A stretch of 64,000 nt of DNA. Source: an uncultured Methanosarcinales archaeon (lineage in GTDB: Archaea > Nanobdellota > Nanobdellia > Woesearchaeales > UBA10216). The notes under the pieces are model-generated. The model had not been told where the DNA came from. It saw only the letters and a program-made list of their open reading frames with translations, and searched no databases. Both the position numbers and the translations under genes were made by a program. The stretch is taken from NCBI GenBank assembly GCA_964504135.1, contig CAZDCW010000003.1, positions 427-64,426 on the forward strand, given 5' to 3'. Below, one piece after another: positions 1 to 9,664 of this stretch (the stretch's first letter is position 1; each line of letters starts with the position of its first letter).

Positions 1-768
1 CTTGGGGGCATTGTTCAAAGGCTGTTCCATAATGGCGTTGCAGGACAGCCAGCTTCTGCTGATGGCGCGGCAGTGTTGGCTTATGGATTTCCAGATGGCC
101 CTTCCGGGCTTTTCATGGATGAAATAGGGTCTCGCGATTTGAGGTTTCATGCTGTCAGTCTTTCAACACTTGTGGATTCTTCGCGGATTGGCGCATATAA
201 TGCGTTTATGCGTGTCGGCTCCCGGTTCGGAAGGTATTTGGGCGGAACAGAATTTGCCGAGGCATATGTTTACAATCTTTTTTCGAGCCTTCCAGCCCCT
301 TCAGGGCTGCTCACAGCTGTTGAAGGCGTGTTGTTAGGCCAGAGTTGGCCTTCGGATGCCAGGCCAGTCTGGCCTGACTACAGGCTTGCTTTTAGCGTGG
401 CATCAGGTGAGCCTGTGCCTCCTGAAAGTCTGGCGATGTCCTGGTTTGAGGACGAATGTTCAGCCAGGTACGTCTCATCTGAGGAGCAGGATGCATTGTT
501 TGAAGGGGTGCTCAGGAAGGTTTCCTTTATGGCTGGCAACGGCCAGTTGCTGCTGGACGAGTTTGTCCATTATTGTAAGCTTTATGGCGAGGCTGCCAGG
601 ATGGCTGCCATTGCGGATACAGGTTCATTTAAGTTTCTCGCCAGCAGGATGGCCAAAGGTTCAGTTCAGGTTCCGGGATTTCCTTATCCGGAAGGCGGCA
701 ATCCAAAGGCAGGCTATCTTTATGGCAGGATTCGTGCTGCTCTGCCAAGGGAGTCCTCTTATGCCTGA
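1..768 (+). CDS. hypothetical protein, 5' end truncated by the window
   Basis: Frame 1 is open from base 1 through the track ORF 73..768, with no stop in 1-72. I recognise no domain. Confidence 0.35.
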   Translation, partial: LGGIVQRLFHNGVAGQPASADGAAVLAYGFPDGPSGLFMDEIGSRDLRFHAVSLSTLVDSSRIGAYNAFMRVGSRFGRYLGGTEFAEAYVYNLFSSLPAPSGLLTAVEGVLLGQSWPSDARPVWPDYRLAFSVASGEPVPPESLAMSWFEDECSARYVSSEEQDALFEGVLRKVSFMAGNGQLLLDEFVHYCKLYGEAARMAAIADTGSFKFLASRMAKGSVQVPGFPYPEGGNPKAGYLYGRIRAALPRESSYA

Positions 769-773
769 TTCGC

Positions 774-1673
774 CTATTTGCTTCTCCTTGATAGCAGAAA
801 CACCAGCGCAGCTCCAAGATAGTTGATAATCAGCAGCACTATCTGGACAGAAAGGGTTACCGGCGCTGCCACTCCTGCAAGGCCGTATAGGTAAACTGAG
901 GCAGCTTCCTTTACTCCAAGCCCTGACATTGTAATCGGTATTAGTGAGAGCAGCATGGCTGTGGCTGAGATAGTGAGGATTATCAGCGGATTGATTTGCT
1001 GGCCGAAGGAGAGGAAGGCGATGTATGTCACTATTGCTGTGAGCTGCCATTTGAGGAGGGTTATGCCGAGGTTTAATGCAGCCGCAGTTCTCTGCCTGAA
1101 AACAAGGTGATTAAGCGCGTTTGAGAACCCTTCGAATTTGTTCTGGTATTTTCCAAGGAGCTTCTTTATCAGGCCTCGGCCTGCATGGGTAAGCAGGAAT
1201 GCAGAGCCTGCCGCGGCTGCAACTGCAGTTATTAGCATTAGCCTTATTGCCTGCTGAGGCGGCAGGAATATGAAGAAGCCTATGTAGGAAAGTGCAAGAA
1301 GGGTTATCACTGTTATCATCTTGTCCAGTACGGAAACAGCCATTGCCTGCCCTGTTGTCATGTGCTTTCTTGCCAGGTATACAAAGGAGAATTCGCCTAT
1401 CTTGCCTGGGATTATGAGGCCGAATGCCCAGCTTTTAAGGTAGTACTCGGTCATCTGCCTGTATGTTATTTTTACTCCAAGCGCGTCGGTAAGTATTTTC
1501 AGGTTGTATGCTCCCATTGCAAGGCCTGCTGCGAACAGGAGTATTATTGCTGGCAGCAGCAGGGGATTCATGGCTGCTGCTGTTGCAATTATCTTGTCAG
1601 GCCCGACAAGGTACAGCAGCATTGCCAGGGCTGCTGCGCTCAGCCCGTACTTCAGCAAATTCAGAAGCTTCAT
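774..1673 (-). CDS. polytopic membrane protein, flippase-like (UPF0104 / lysyl-PG-synthase TM-region-like)
   Basis: 299 aa and hydrophobic throughout. The KIGEFSFVYL-type segment is typical of the UPF0104 family that sits in glycan clusters. It overlaps the upstream gene by 4 nt. Confidence 0.45.
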   Translation of the reverse strand: MKLLNLLKYGLSAAALAMLLYLVGPDKIIATAAAMNPLLLPAIILLFAAGLAMGAYNLKILTDALGVKITYRQMTEYYLKSWAFGLIIPGKIGEFSFVYLARKHMTTGQAMAVSVLDKMITVITLLALSYIGFFIFLPPQQAIRLMLITAVAAAAGSAFLLTHAGRGLIKKLLGKYQNKFEGFSNALNHLVFRQRTAAALNLGITLLKWQLTAIVTYIAFLSFGQQINPLIILTISATAMLLSLIPITMSGLGVKEAASVYLYGLAGVAAPVTLSVQIVLLIINYLGAALVFLLSRRSK

Positions 1674-2122
1674 TTCCTTATCCTCATGAACTCTCCTTTG
1701 CTCACCCGTTTCAGTTCATCAGGCATAATCTTCACAAGGCTGTTTGCAGTTCCGCCGCTTGTATAAACCTCTTTCTGTTCCATTACTCTGTCGTCAATAA
1801 AAACTCTCACATTTGTTCCGAATGATGGCACGCCTCCTGGCGGATACCCTGTTTTTGCCAGGACTTCAGCTGCTGTCGCAACCCTTATTTCGGTTCCGAG
1901 CAATTTGCCCAGTCTGCCTGTGCTTGCCCTGTCGGTTGCCCTGACTATTGCGATTATCGCGTTCCCGTTTCCGTCAATCAGGCAAACATTCTTCACAATA
2001 TGGTTTATGTCTGCCTTTGCAGCAGCCGCAGCTTCTTCAGCAGTGTGGCATGACTCCGGGAATTCCAGGAATTCTCCAGCTATTCCATGCTTCGCCATGT
2101 ATTCTCTGATTGCAGAAGGCAT
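1670..2122 (-). CDS. YbaK/ProX-type aminoacyl-tRNA deacylase domain protein
   Basis: 150 aa. The CLIDGNGN..IAIVRA ... TGYPPGGVPSFG pattern matches the YbaK/EbsC/ProX deacylase fold. Confidence 0.5.
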   Translation of the reverse strand: MPSAIREYMAKHGIAGEFLEFPESCHTAEEAAAAAKADINHIVKNVCLIDGNGNAIIAIVRATDRASTGRLGKLLGTEIRVATAAEVLAKTGYPPGGVPSFGTNVRVFIDDRVMEQKEVYTSGGTANSLVKIMPDELKRVSKGEFMRIRK

Positions 2123-2135
2123 TATTCCCAGCCAC

Positions 2136-3017
2136 CTATGCTCTTCCCTTAAGCATGTCAGCTAAAAATCCGAAGAGAATAATCTGTATGCCCATTGTGA
2201 TGAACACTCCTGCAAGCACAACTCTGGGTATTCCGCCTACAAAACCGGTTGTCAGGTAAGAATATGTGACCGATCCGCCGAGCAGCAGTCCCGTAAGTAA
2301 AATAAGCCCTCCGAACAGGCCAAAGAATTTAAGCGGCTCATAATCCCTGTAAATCCTGAAGATGGTCAGCCATGCCTTTATTGCGTAGTCAAGGGGGTTC
2401 CTCAATAACCTGCTTTTCCCATATGCCCTTTTCTTGAACATTATGGGCACTTCTGCTATTCTGAATTTTGCTTTTGCTGCCCTGAGGATCTGCTCCTGCG
2501 TATAGGTATAGTTGGATATAATCTGCAGCTGTGCCACTTCCCTTGTAAATGCCCTGAACCCTGTTTGCGCATCTGATATTTTTTGCCTTGATATGTTGGA
2601 TATTACTTTTGAGAATGCCCTGTTTCCTATCCTGTTTATCAGCGGCATGTGCTGTATCTTTCCTGAGAACCTTGAGCCGAGGACAAGGTCGTTTCCTTCG
2701 CTTAGCTTTTGGAGCAGCTTGGGTATGTCTTCGGCCGCATACTGTCCGTCTGCGTCTGTGTGCACAATCACGTCAGCCTTGTGCTCCAGCGCCCTGGCCA
2801 TTGCTGTCTTGAAGGCTTCCGCCAGCCCGTAGTTGCCCGGGTGTGTGTAAACAACAGCCCCTGCCTTTCCCGCGGCCTCGGCTGTCCTGTCCGTGGAGCC
2901 GTCGTCTATTACTATGATTTCAAAGCTGCGCTTCCCCAGCGCCTTTTTTGTCTCTTCAACGACTGTGGAAATTGTCTGCTCCTCATTATAGGCCGGGATT
3001 GCCACGACAACTTTCAT
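2136..3017 (-). CDS. family-2 glycosyltransferase, dolichyl-phosphate sugar synthase-like (DPM1/AglD-like)
   Basis: N-terminus VAIPAYNEE..I..VV...IIVIDDGSTDRT and a DAD-type motif (VHTDADGQ). The C-terminus carries TM helices. Confidence 0.8.
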   Translation of the reverse strand: MKVVVAIPAYNEEQTISTVVEETKKALGKRSFEIIVIDDGSTDRTAEAAGKAGAVVYTHPGNYGLAEAFKTAMARALEHKADVIVHTDADGQYAAEDIPKLLQKLSEGNDLVLGSRFSGKIQHMPLINRIGNRAFSKVISNISRQKISDAQTGFRAFTREVAQLQIISNYTYTQEQILRAAKAKFRIAEVPIMFKKRAYGKSRLLRNPLDYAIKAWLTIFRIYRDYEPLKFFGLFGGLILLTGLLLGGSVTYSYLTTGFVGGIPRVVLAGVFITMGIQIILFGFLADMLKGRA

Positions 3018-3097
3018 TTATCTTAAAAACCTGAGGCCGTTTAAATAGGTTGTGGAATTAGCTTTATAAGTTAGAAATAATTTATAAATTCAGCCGG

Positions 3098-4930
3098 TTG
3101 TCCAGGTTTATGGCTGTTTATTCGGTTGCCTTGTTTTTCGCAATTGTCTTTGGCTTGGGTTATTCATTGACCCGCTTTGTCAAGAACTCTGAGGACTTCT
3201 TTGAAAGGCAGTTTATGCGCCTTGGGTTCGGCCTTTCAGCATTCATTGTGCTGGCAATCCTGCTTAACGCTTTGCAGGTTCCTCTTGACTGGAGGATTTT
3301 CCTGGCAGCATCGGTTTTGCCAGCCGCAGCCTTCGCTGCTTATGATTTTCTTAAAAAACAAGAGGTAATTTCACTGCCAAAATCAATGAAAACAGGCGGC
3401 ATTGCCCTTCTGGTGGCTTTGGCAGTTTTCATTTTTGCAATGTTCATGTACGCCGCCGGCTCGTTCCGCTATCCTTACCTTGAGGATGAGGACCCTTGGG
3501 GGCATTCAGTTGGCGCTAAGTACGTTTCAATTGAGAAAAAGGCCTTTGACCCGGTAGGGTATAACTTCGCTTACATCGACCCTTATCCGCCTGGGTATGA
3601 TATCCTGATGGGCGTGCTTCTTCAGGCTGACAGTTCAGTCCGGTTCATCCTGAAGTTTTTCAACGCCCTGATTATCAGCCTGGGCTTGTTATGGTTTTTC
3701 TTCATGGCGAAGAATTTTGTGGGCCCTTCCAAGGCTGCATTTGCGGCTTTTGCCCTGGCTATGATTCCTTCCTATTTCACGCATTTCATCTGGGCTCACA
3801 CGCTGGTCATTGCGCTTTTTTTCCCTGCAATGTATGCTTTCTGGAGGATTAAGGATGATAAGCTTTGGTCAATTCCTGCTGCCTTGTGTGTGGCCGCGAT
3901 TCTTCTTGTGCAGCCTGACCAGCCGTTGAAGCTGGCGGTTATGGTTCTCGCTTTCATTGCTGTGAGGGCATGGTCTGCCCGCGCCCTGCCGAGGTGGGAG
4001 GTTGCCGCAGGCTTGGGAGGTGTTTTGATTTCCTTGGCATGGTGGGCTTCCAACGCTCAGGAAATGCTGGCATATGCGATGGGCATTGGCAAGCATGGCT
4101 CTGCCTTCAGCCCTGAGGGCGGCTCTGCGTCAAGGGCGTATTCGCTTGCGGATTACCTCTTTCCGAGTCAGACGCTTATTAACGTCCCGCCGGGTTTTGG
4201 CCTTGTGGTTTCAATACTGCTTGTCGCTGGCCTGGCTGCGGTTTTCCTTAACTACAGGAAGCTTTTGAGGGGTGAAAAGCCGTGGCTTGCTGTTGTTTTG
4301 CTGTGGTTCGGCTTCACATTCATAGGCACCAATTCAGTCACGTTCAATCTGCCTTTCGGCCTTAACCCTTTCAGGTTCTGGCTGCTCCTGGCAATTCCTG
4401 TTGCTATCCTGGCTGCTGAGGGCGCCTTTTTTTTGTCTTCTCCGCTCAGGGCTTTCGGGCCTGCAAGGCTGGCTTTCATTTTGCTTCTCGCTTTCGGCGT
4501 CTTCTATACTTCAGGGCTGTTCAAGCTGGGCATCAACATGGCTCCTGGCTGGTACACGGCCCTGGATCCTCAGAGGGAGCTTCCGGGGTACTTGGCGCTG
4601 GAGCGCCTTCCTGCAAATACAGGGGTTATCAGCAATATTGATGACTCGTTCATAATCGGCATGGATAAGTTTAGCTGTGCCTGGTGTCCTGAGGTTGTGG
4701 AGTTCAAGAAGGGGCTTCTGCATGCATCCCCGGTTGAAGTCAGGTCTTTTATGAAGGAAAACGGTTACGAATATCTGCTGATGAACGCGTGGCAGCCTGC
4801 TGATGTGCCCGGTGGGTTGATTAGGAATGAGTCTGTCATGTTGAAGGATGTTGAGCTGGTGAATTCCACTTTTTTCATTCCAGTTGCAGCGCATTTGGAT
4901 GGTGCGGTTACAGTTTTTAGGTTGAGGTAG
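3098..4930 (+). CDS. large polytopic membrane protein, candidate GT-C-type glycosyltransferase (PMT/ArnT-like)
   Basis: 610 aa with roughly 12-13 predicted TM helices, followed by a soluble C-terminal domain of about 130 aa. It sits inside a glycan cluster. It has no WWDYG motif, so it is not AglB. Confidence 0.45.
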   Translation: MSRFMAVYSVALFFAIVFGLGYSLTRFVKNSEDFFERQFMRLGFGLSAFIVLAILLNALQVPLDWRIFLAASVLPAAAFAAYDFLKKQEVISLPKSMKTGGIALLVALAVFIFAMFMYAAGSFRYPYLEDEDPWGHSVGAKYVSIEKKAFDPVGYNFAYIDPYPPGYDILMGVLLQADSSVRFILKFFNALIISLGLLWFFFMAKNFVGPSKAAFAAFALAMIPSYFTHFIWAHTLVIALFFPAMYAFWRIKDDKLWSIPAALCVAAILLVQPDQPLKLAVMVLAFIAVRAWSARALPRWEVAAGLGGVLISLAWWASNAQEMLAYAMGIGKHGSAFSPEGGSASRAYSLADYLFPSQTLINVPPGFGLVVSILLVAGLAAVFLNYRKLLRGEKPWLAVVLLWFGFTFIGTNSVTFNLPFGLNPFRFWLLLAIPVAILAAEGAFFLSSPLRAFGPARLAFILLLAFGVFYTSGLFKLGINMAPGWYTALDPQRELPGYLALERLPANTGVISNIDDSFIIGMDKFSCAWCPEVVEFKKGLLHASPVEVRSFMKENGYEYLLMNAWQPADVPGGLIRNESVMLKDVELVNSTFFIPVAAHLDGAVTVFRLR

Positions 4931-5027
4931 TTATCGTAAATTGCGGTATTCAGTGCAAAGTTTACACGCAATTTACGAGATTAGAATTGCGCATATACAT
5001 CAACTAATCAGCGCAATTCTCTATATT
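4931..5027. repeat. family-1 intergenic palindromic element, copy 1 (11-bp IR cgtaaattgcg/cgcaatttacg plus hairpin gagattagaattgcgca-N18-tgcgcaattctctata)
   Basis: Lies between two convergent genes. Related copies at 18569..18619 and 56256..56397. Confidence 0.7.
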
Positions 5028-6456
5028 TCCTGAATGCCTGGTCCTTCAGCGATAGAAGCAGCTTGATTTCTTCCTTTCCAATTCCTTTCAGGATGAAAAG
5101 TGTTGCAAAGTAGGCCCCGGCAGCAAGCGGGATTAGTATTAATATGTGCAGCCAGCTGAATATTGTCACAACAGCAGCCATTGCCCCTGCAGCCAGGATT
5201 GGCTTTAGGACAGATTTCACTGCATCCGCCGAATACCCTTCCCTGGCTGCCCAGTAATATAGCACAGCCAGCACTGCCAGTTCTGTTACAACTGTTGATA
5301 TTGCCGCTCCCATGTAGCTCAATCTGGGTATTAGGATTAGGTTTAGGCCTATTTTGAGCACAGCAGCCGCGGCTGTTGTGAAGGTAAACACCAGTTGCCT
5401 GTTCACGGCGTTGAGAAGGTAGCCTGTTAGCGAGCTTATGAATATTATCGCTTCCGCCCATATGAGTACTTGTAGTGCCTGTGCTGAGCCCTTGAATCCG
5501 CTTCCGTATATTAAGGGCATCAGCCTGTCTGAAAGCAGCATTACCCCGACCGCTATTGGTATTGCAAGGATGAGCAGGTAGTAGAATGCTTTTCTGAACA
5601 GGGTTCTTAGGAGTGGCTTGTTTGTTGTGTGGAGTCTTGACATTGCGGGAAAGACCGCTGTTATTATGGCGCTTGGTATGAAGTATAGGGCGTCCAGGGC
5701 GCGGTATGCTGCGTTGTAGATTCCAACTGCCTCGTAGTTTGTCAGCATCTGAAGCAGCACAGTGTCTATCCTGAAGTATATGGTTATGAATACAGTGGTG
5801 AACCAGAAGGGCATTGAGTTTTTTAGGCATTCCTTCCAGAATGCGAGGTCAAAGCTTATTGTGAAGCTGCACGTTTTCCTGTATGCCAGCACCCATGCAA
5901 TTGCCAGGACTGCGGCGTATGATATGAGGTATGCGGTGACCAGTCCTGTCAGGCCGTATCCTTTGTAGAGCAGGAACATTCCAAGGCCTGCTGTTATTAT
6001 CCTTTCCAGCAGGTTTGCGATGGCATAGTATTCCAGCTTCTCATAGGCCATGAACAGCGTTGCGAATACTGTGCTGAGGTTGAGCAGCCCTGTTGCAGCA
6101 GCAACAATGTACGCCGCAAATATGACTTCCTGCGATTTTTCCACCTGCCCGACCGCTATTATGGGTATGGCGATTGTGACAAGCGCAAGAATCAGCTTTA
6201 TGCCCAGCATGTTGCTGATGTACTGCCTTGCCTTTTCCCTGTTCCGGGATATCTCCCTTGTAAGGTAGGTGGTGAGGCCGAGGTCTGCGAATATGGCCGC
6301 CACGCCTGCAAGTGCAAATACGAATGAGTACTTTCCCAGGCCTGCCTCGCCAAGGTGCCTTGCGATGGCGACAACGAGGAAGAATGATATGAGCTTGCTT
6401 ACAATATCGGCCGCGAGCAGTATTGTCGCGTTCCTCGCCACTTTCTCAGCAGTCAT
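5008..6456 (-). CDS. Wzx-type oligosaccharide flippase (MOP superfamily polysaccharide biosynthesis protein)
   Basis: 482 aa with about 12-14 TM helices. The N-terminal NATILLAADIVSKLISF..ARHLG..G.Y pattern is typical of the Polysacc_synt family. Confidence 0.7.
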   Translation of the reverse strand: MTAEKVARNATILLAADIVSKLISFFLVVAIARHLGEAGLGKYSFVFALAGVAAIFADLGLTTYLTREISRNREKARQYISNMLGIKLILALVTIAIPIIAVGQVEKSQEVIFAAYIVAAATGLLNLSTVFATLFMAYEKLEYYAIANLLERIITAGLGMFLLYKGYGLTGLVTAYLISYAAVLAIAWVLAYRKTCSFTISFDLAFWKECLKNSMPFWFTTVFITIYFRIDTVLLQMLTNYEAVGIYNAAYRALDALYFIPSAIITAVFPAMSRLHTTNKPLLRTLFRKAFYYLLILAIPIAVGVMLLSDRLMPLIYGSGFKGSAQALQVLIWAEAIIFISSLTGYLLNAVNRQLVFTFTTAAAAVLKIGLNLILIPRLSYMGAAISTVVTELAVLAVLYYWAAREGYSADAVKSVLKPILAAGAMAAVVTIFSWLHILILIPLAAGAYFATLFILKGIGKEEIKLLLSLKDQAFRKYRELR

Positions 6457-6523
6457 AAGCGTTGCCCTGCCTGGTTTGCTTATTATAGTTTTGCGTTTTT
6501 GGTTCGGTGGTCATTCCCTAAGC

Positions 6524-6550
6524 CAGTGCACGAAGAGTTAGCCTGCTACT
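6524..6550. repeat. family-2 element, short form (cagtgcacgaagagttagcctgctac)
   Basis: Equals copy C with the central 60 nt or so deleted. Identical short forms at 51583..51608 and 56222..56247. Confidence 0.6.
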
Positions 6551-6582
6551 ATTAACCACAAACAACTGACCATGCTTGCATT

Positions 6583-7812
6583 TTACTGCTTGGCCAAAAA
6601 CTCCTTGAATTTGGAGACGACATACTTTATCATCTCCTCATCTATGCCAGGGTACAGGCCTATGAAGAATCCGTCGTGCATGACCTTTTCAGAGTTCTTG
6701 AGGTTTCCAATTACTTTCATGTCAGCTTTCCTGTAGGCTGGCTGGTCTACAATGTTTCCTGCCAGCAGGGGCCGGTTTTCTATGTTGGCCTTCCACAGGA
6801 AGTCTGATAGCTCATCCCGCTTGAAGCTGGCATCGTCTTTTATGGTTAGTGGGAATCCGAACCATGATGGCTCTGATTTCTGGGTGGCTTCGGGGAGTAT
6901 GAAGTATCTCTCCATCGCCTTAAACCCTTCGTGCAGTGTCTTGAAATTCTCCCTTCGCTTTTTGACAAACCAGCCAAGCCTTTTTAGTTGTATGAGGCCC
7001 ATTGCCGCCTGCAGGTCTATTGGCTTGAGGTTGTATCCTATGTGGTTGTACATGTATTGCCCGGCTCCGGTTCTTCCCCAGTCCCTGAACGACCTTACCA
7101 CTGGCTCCATTTCTTCGTCGTCGGTCGCCACCGCTCCCCCTTCTCCCATGCTCATGTGGTGGGAGGCGTAGAATGAGTAGGTTCCCAAATCCCCGAAGGT
7201 GCCTGTTTTCTTTCCCCTGTATTCGGCTCCGAGCGCGTCGCAGCTGTCCTCAATTAGCAGCAGGTTGTTCTCTTCGCAGAATTCTGTGATGAAGTCCATG
7301 TCGCATGGGTTGCCCATCATGTGGGGCAGCATTACCATTTTTGTCCTTTCAGATAGCGCCTTTTCCATCTCAGTCGTGCTTATTGCGTACTTGCCAATCT
7401 CAGAGTCCACAAGGACTGGCCTGATGCCGTTCTGTATAAGCGGGTTTATGACTGACGGAAAAGTCATTGCAGGGGTTATTGCCTCATCCCCTTTGCTTAT
7501 CTTAAGGCCGTTGCTGTTTGCCGCCGCGCTCACCGCAAGCAGGTTCGCGGAACTGCCGGAATTTGTGAGGACAAGCTTTGTCGTCCCTACATATTTGCAG
7601 AATTCCTCTTCAAACTTTGCTGCCGCCTTTCCCACTCCCAGCCATCCGTCCAGGAGCGATTCAACAGCCGCATTTACTTCCTGGTCGTCAAATATGGGGC
7701 TGCAGTACCTGATTAGCGTTTTCCCGGGCTCAAACCTCGCTTTCCCTCTCTTCTGGTACAGCTCGGCTATCTTTCCATATACCTCAGTGCGCAGCCTTTC
7801 CTCTTCGCTCAT
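6583..7812 (-). CDS. DegT/DnrJ/EryC1/StrS-family PLP-dependent sugar aminotransferase/dehydratase (RfbH-like)
   Basis: About 410-428 aa. Motifs: LVLTNSGSSANLLAVSA and GDEAITPAMTFPS. The track ORF starts at 7869. I prefer the internal Met at 7812 (MSEEERL) because it removes a 32-nt overlap with the gene upstream. Confidence 0.7.
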   Translation of the reverse strand: MSEEERLRTEVYGKIAELYQKRGKARFEPGKTLIRYCSPIFDDQEVNAAVESLLDGWLGVGKAAAKFEEEFCKYVGTTKLVLTNSGSSANLLAVSAAANSNGLKISKGDEAITPAMTFPSVINPLIQNGIRPVLVDSEIGKYAISTTEMEKALSERTKMVMLPHMMGNPCDMDFITEFCEENNLLLIEDSCDALGAEYRGKKTGTFGDLGTYSFYASHHMSMGEGGAVATDDEEMEPVVRSFRDWGRTGAGQYMYNHIGYNLKPIDLQAAMGLIQLKRLGWFVKKRRENFKTLHEGFKAMERYFILPEATQKSEPSWFGFPLTIKDDASFKRDELSDFLWKANIENRPLLAGNIVDQPAYRKADMKVIGNLKNSEKVMHDGFFIGLYPGIDEEMIKYVVSKFKEFLAKQ

Positions 7813-7837
7813 CCTTTCCCGCAACTCCCGCCCTTTT

Positions 7838-8485
7838 TTAAAGTTTTTCCAAGGTTGTTTTACTGCCAACCACTACAGTCACGGCCCAGAAGCATCTGCC
7901 ATACACTATCTCGGCATCCTCTCCAAAAAGCGGTTGCAGTTCTTCTTTTGTGAAGTAGTTTTTTAGCACTTCTGTTTCTGTGCCATCCTTTAGCTTTCTT
8001 TTCTTGTAGGTGTTCCTGTCACCCTCTTTTGTTATAAGCTCCCCGCCAATGCCTTCCATGAAGTTATTGTCTGCCATGAATACAGCCCCTTTTGGTTTTA
8101 GTGTGGCGTGCAGGCCTTTCAAAAAGTTGTCCAGCCTTTCCTTGGGCACGTGCGAAAGCCAGAAGTTTGCAATCGCAGCGTCAAATCCTTGGTAGCTTAA
8201 GGCATAGGCGTCCGCGATTTCAAAGCTTACAGGGCATGCGTATTTCTTGGCTTTTGCGATGTTTACGACTTCTTCAACGGCATCAGTGGCCAGGATTCTT
8301 CTGGCAGATTCTGACGCCTTTTCAGTCCAGTAACCGGTGCCACATGCGACTTCAATTACATCCAGTCCTTTTACAGCCGCCTTCATCTCCTCAGCCAGTT
8401 GCCTCTGTTCGAGCTGCCTTTCGGGGTCGTCCCTGTAGTAAACGCTCTCGTATTCCTGCGCCCTTTTCCTGTAGTATTCTTCCAT
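7838..8485 (-). CDS. class I SAM-dependent methyltransferase
   Basis: The LDVIEVACGTGYWT motif is Rossmann motif I. The track start at 8647 would overlap the divergent epimerase start. The internal Met (MEEYYRKRAQEY, near 8485) is the more plausible start. Confidence 0.55.
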   Translation of the reverse strand: MEEYYRKRAQEYESVYYRDDPERQLEQRQLAEEMKAAVKGLDVIEVACGTGYWTEKASESARRILATDAVEEVVNIAKAKKYACPVSFEIADAYALSYQGFDAAIANFWLSHVPKERLDNFLKGLHATLKPKGAVFMADNNFMEGIGGELITKEGDRNTYKKRKLKDGTETEVLKNYFTKEELQPLFGEDAEIVYGRCFWAVTVVVGSKTTLEKL

Positions 8486-8641
8486 TGGGATTGGCTTATG
8501 GGGTGGTGAAAAGCATTCCTTTGGCAATGCACGAATCTGATGCGTTGAATCCTCCGATTTCCCGAAGGGGCAGCCAAACCTGAGGTAGCCACAGCCTGCT
8601 GTTTTTAATTCTTTTTTTTTATCCGCTGTAAAAGGCAACTG

Positions 8642-9661
8642 ATGCAAACTCTTTTAAATAAATTTTGCGCATTCAAAAAAATGGGCATTTCAGGAAAAGC
8701 AGTTCTTATCACAGGCGGCCTTGGCTTCATTGGCAGCACCATTGCCCATGCGGCAGTCAGTTCAGGTGCTAAAGTTACTGTTTATGACGCCTGCCTTGAC
8801 CCTTATGGCTGGAACCCTGCCAATATTGCGGAAATAAGGTCAAAGGTCGAGGTCATTAAGGCTGATGTCCGCGACCGGAAGAGGCTGGACGCAGCAGTCA
8901 GGGGCAAGGACATCATATTTGACTGCGCTGCCCAGGTGTCCCATACCTTGTCAATGTCTGACCCTTTTCTTGACCTTGACATCAACTGCAGGGGAGCGCT
9001 TAACCTTCTGGAAACAGTGAGGAAGGTAAATGACAGGGCAAGGGTGGTCTATGCATCCACAAGGGGGGTGATAGGGACGGCTAGGAAAAGCCCTGTGGAC
9101 GAAAGCCATCCAACAGACCCTGCTGATGTCCAGGGCATTAACAAGCTGGCAGCCGAAAAATATTATCTTCTTTACCATAGGGCTTACGGCCTTGCCACAA
9201 CTTCAATGCGCATTTCCAACGCCTTTGGCCCGAGGGCTCAGGTGAGGACTGGCGATTATGCCATTGTCAACTGGTTTGTGAAGCGCGCTCTTTCAGGCGA
9301 GCCTCTTGCTGTTTTCGGTGATGGCAGCCAGACAAGGGATTACATTTATGTTGACGATATTGCTGAGGCCATGCTGCTCGCGGCAGCTTCGGATAAGGCC
9401 ATGGGTGAGGTTTTCATGCTTGGCTCTGGGGTTGAGACTAAGTTTATTGATGTTGTAAGGCTCATAGAAAAGCTTGTTCCGGGTGCTAAGGTTGAGATGA
9501 GGCCCTGGCCTCCTGAAAGGAAGGCTATTGAGATTGGGAGGTTTGTCGTGAGCACTGGTAAGGTCAGGCGGCTGCTGGGCTTCAGGCCAAGGGTGTCGCT
9601 TAATGAGGGTATGAGGCGCACAGTTGACTTCTACAGGCATAGGCTGAAGGAATACTTGTGA
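8642..9661 (+). CDS. NAD-dependent sugar epimerase/dehydratase (SDR family, UDP-glucose 4-epimerase-like)
   Basis: ITGGLGFIGS glycine motif and a YxxxK-region (YASTRGVIG ... KLAAEKYYLLY). 339 aa. Confidence 0.8.
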   Translation: MQTLLNKFCAFKKMGISGKAVLITGGLGFIGSTIAHAAVSSGAKVTVYDACLDPYGWNPANIAEIRSKVEVIKADVRDRKRLDAAVRGKDIIFDCAAQVSHTLSMSDPFLDLDINCRGALNLLETVRKVNDRARVVYASTRGVIGTARKSPVDESHPTDPADVQGINKLAAEKYYLLYHRAYGLATTSMRISNAFGPRAQVRTGDYAIVNWFVKRALSGEPLAVFGDGSQTRDYIYVDDIAEAMLLAAASDKAMGEVFMLGSGVETKFIDVVRLIEKLVPGAKVEMRPWPPERKAIEIGRFVVSTGKVRRLLGFRPRVSLNEGMRRTVDFYRHRLKEYL

Positions 9662-9664
9662 GCA

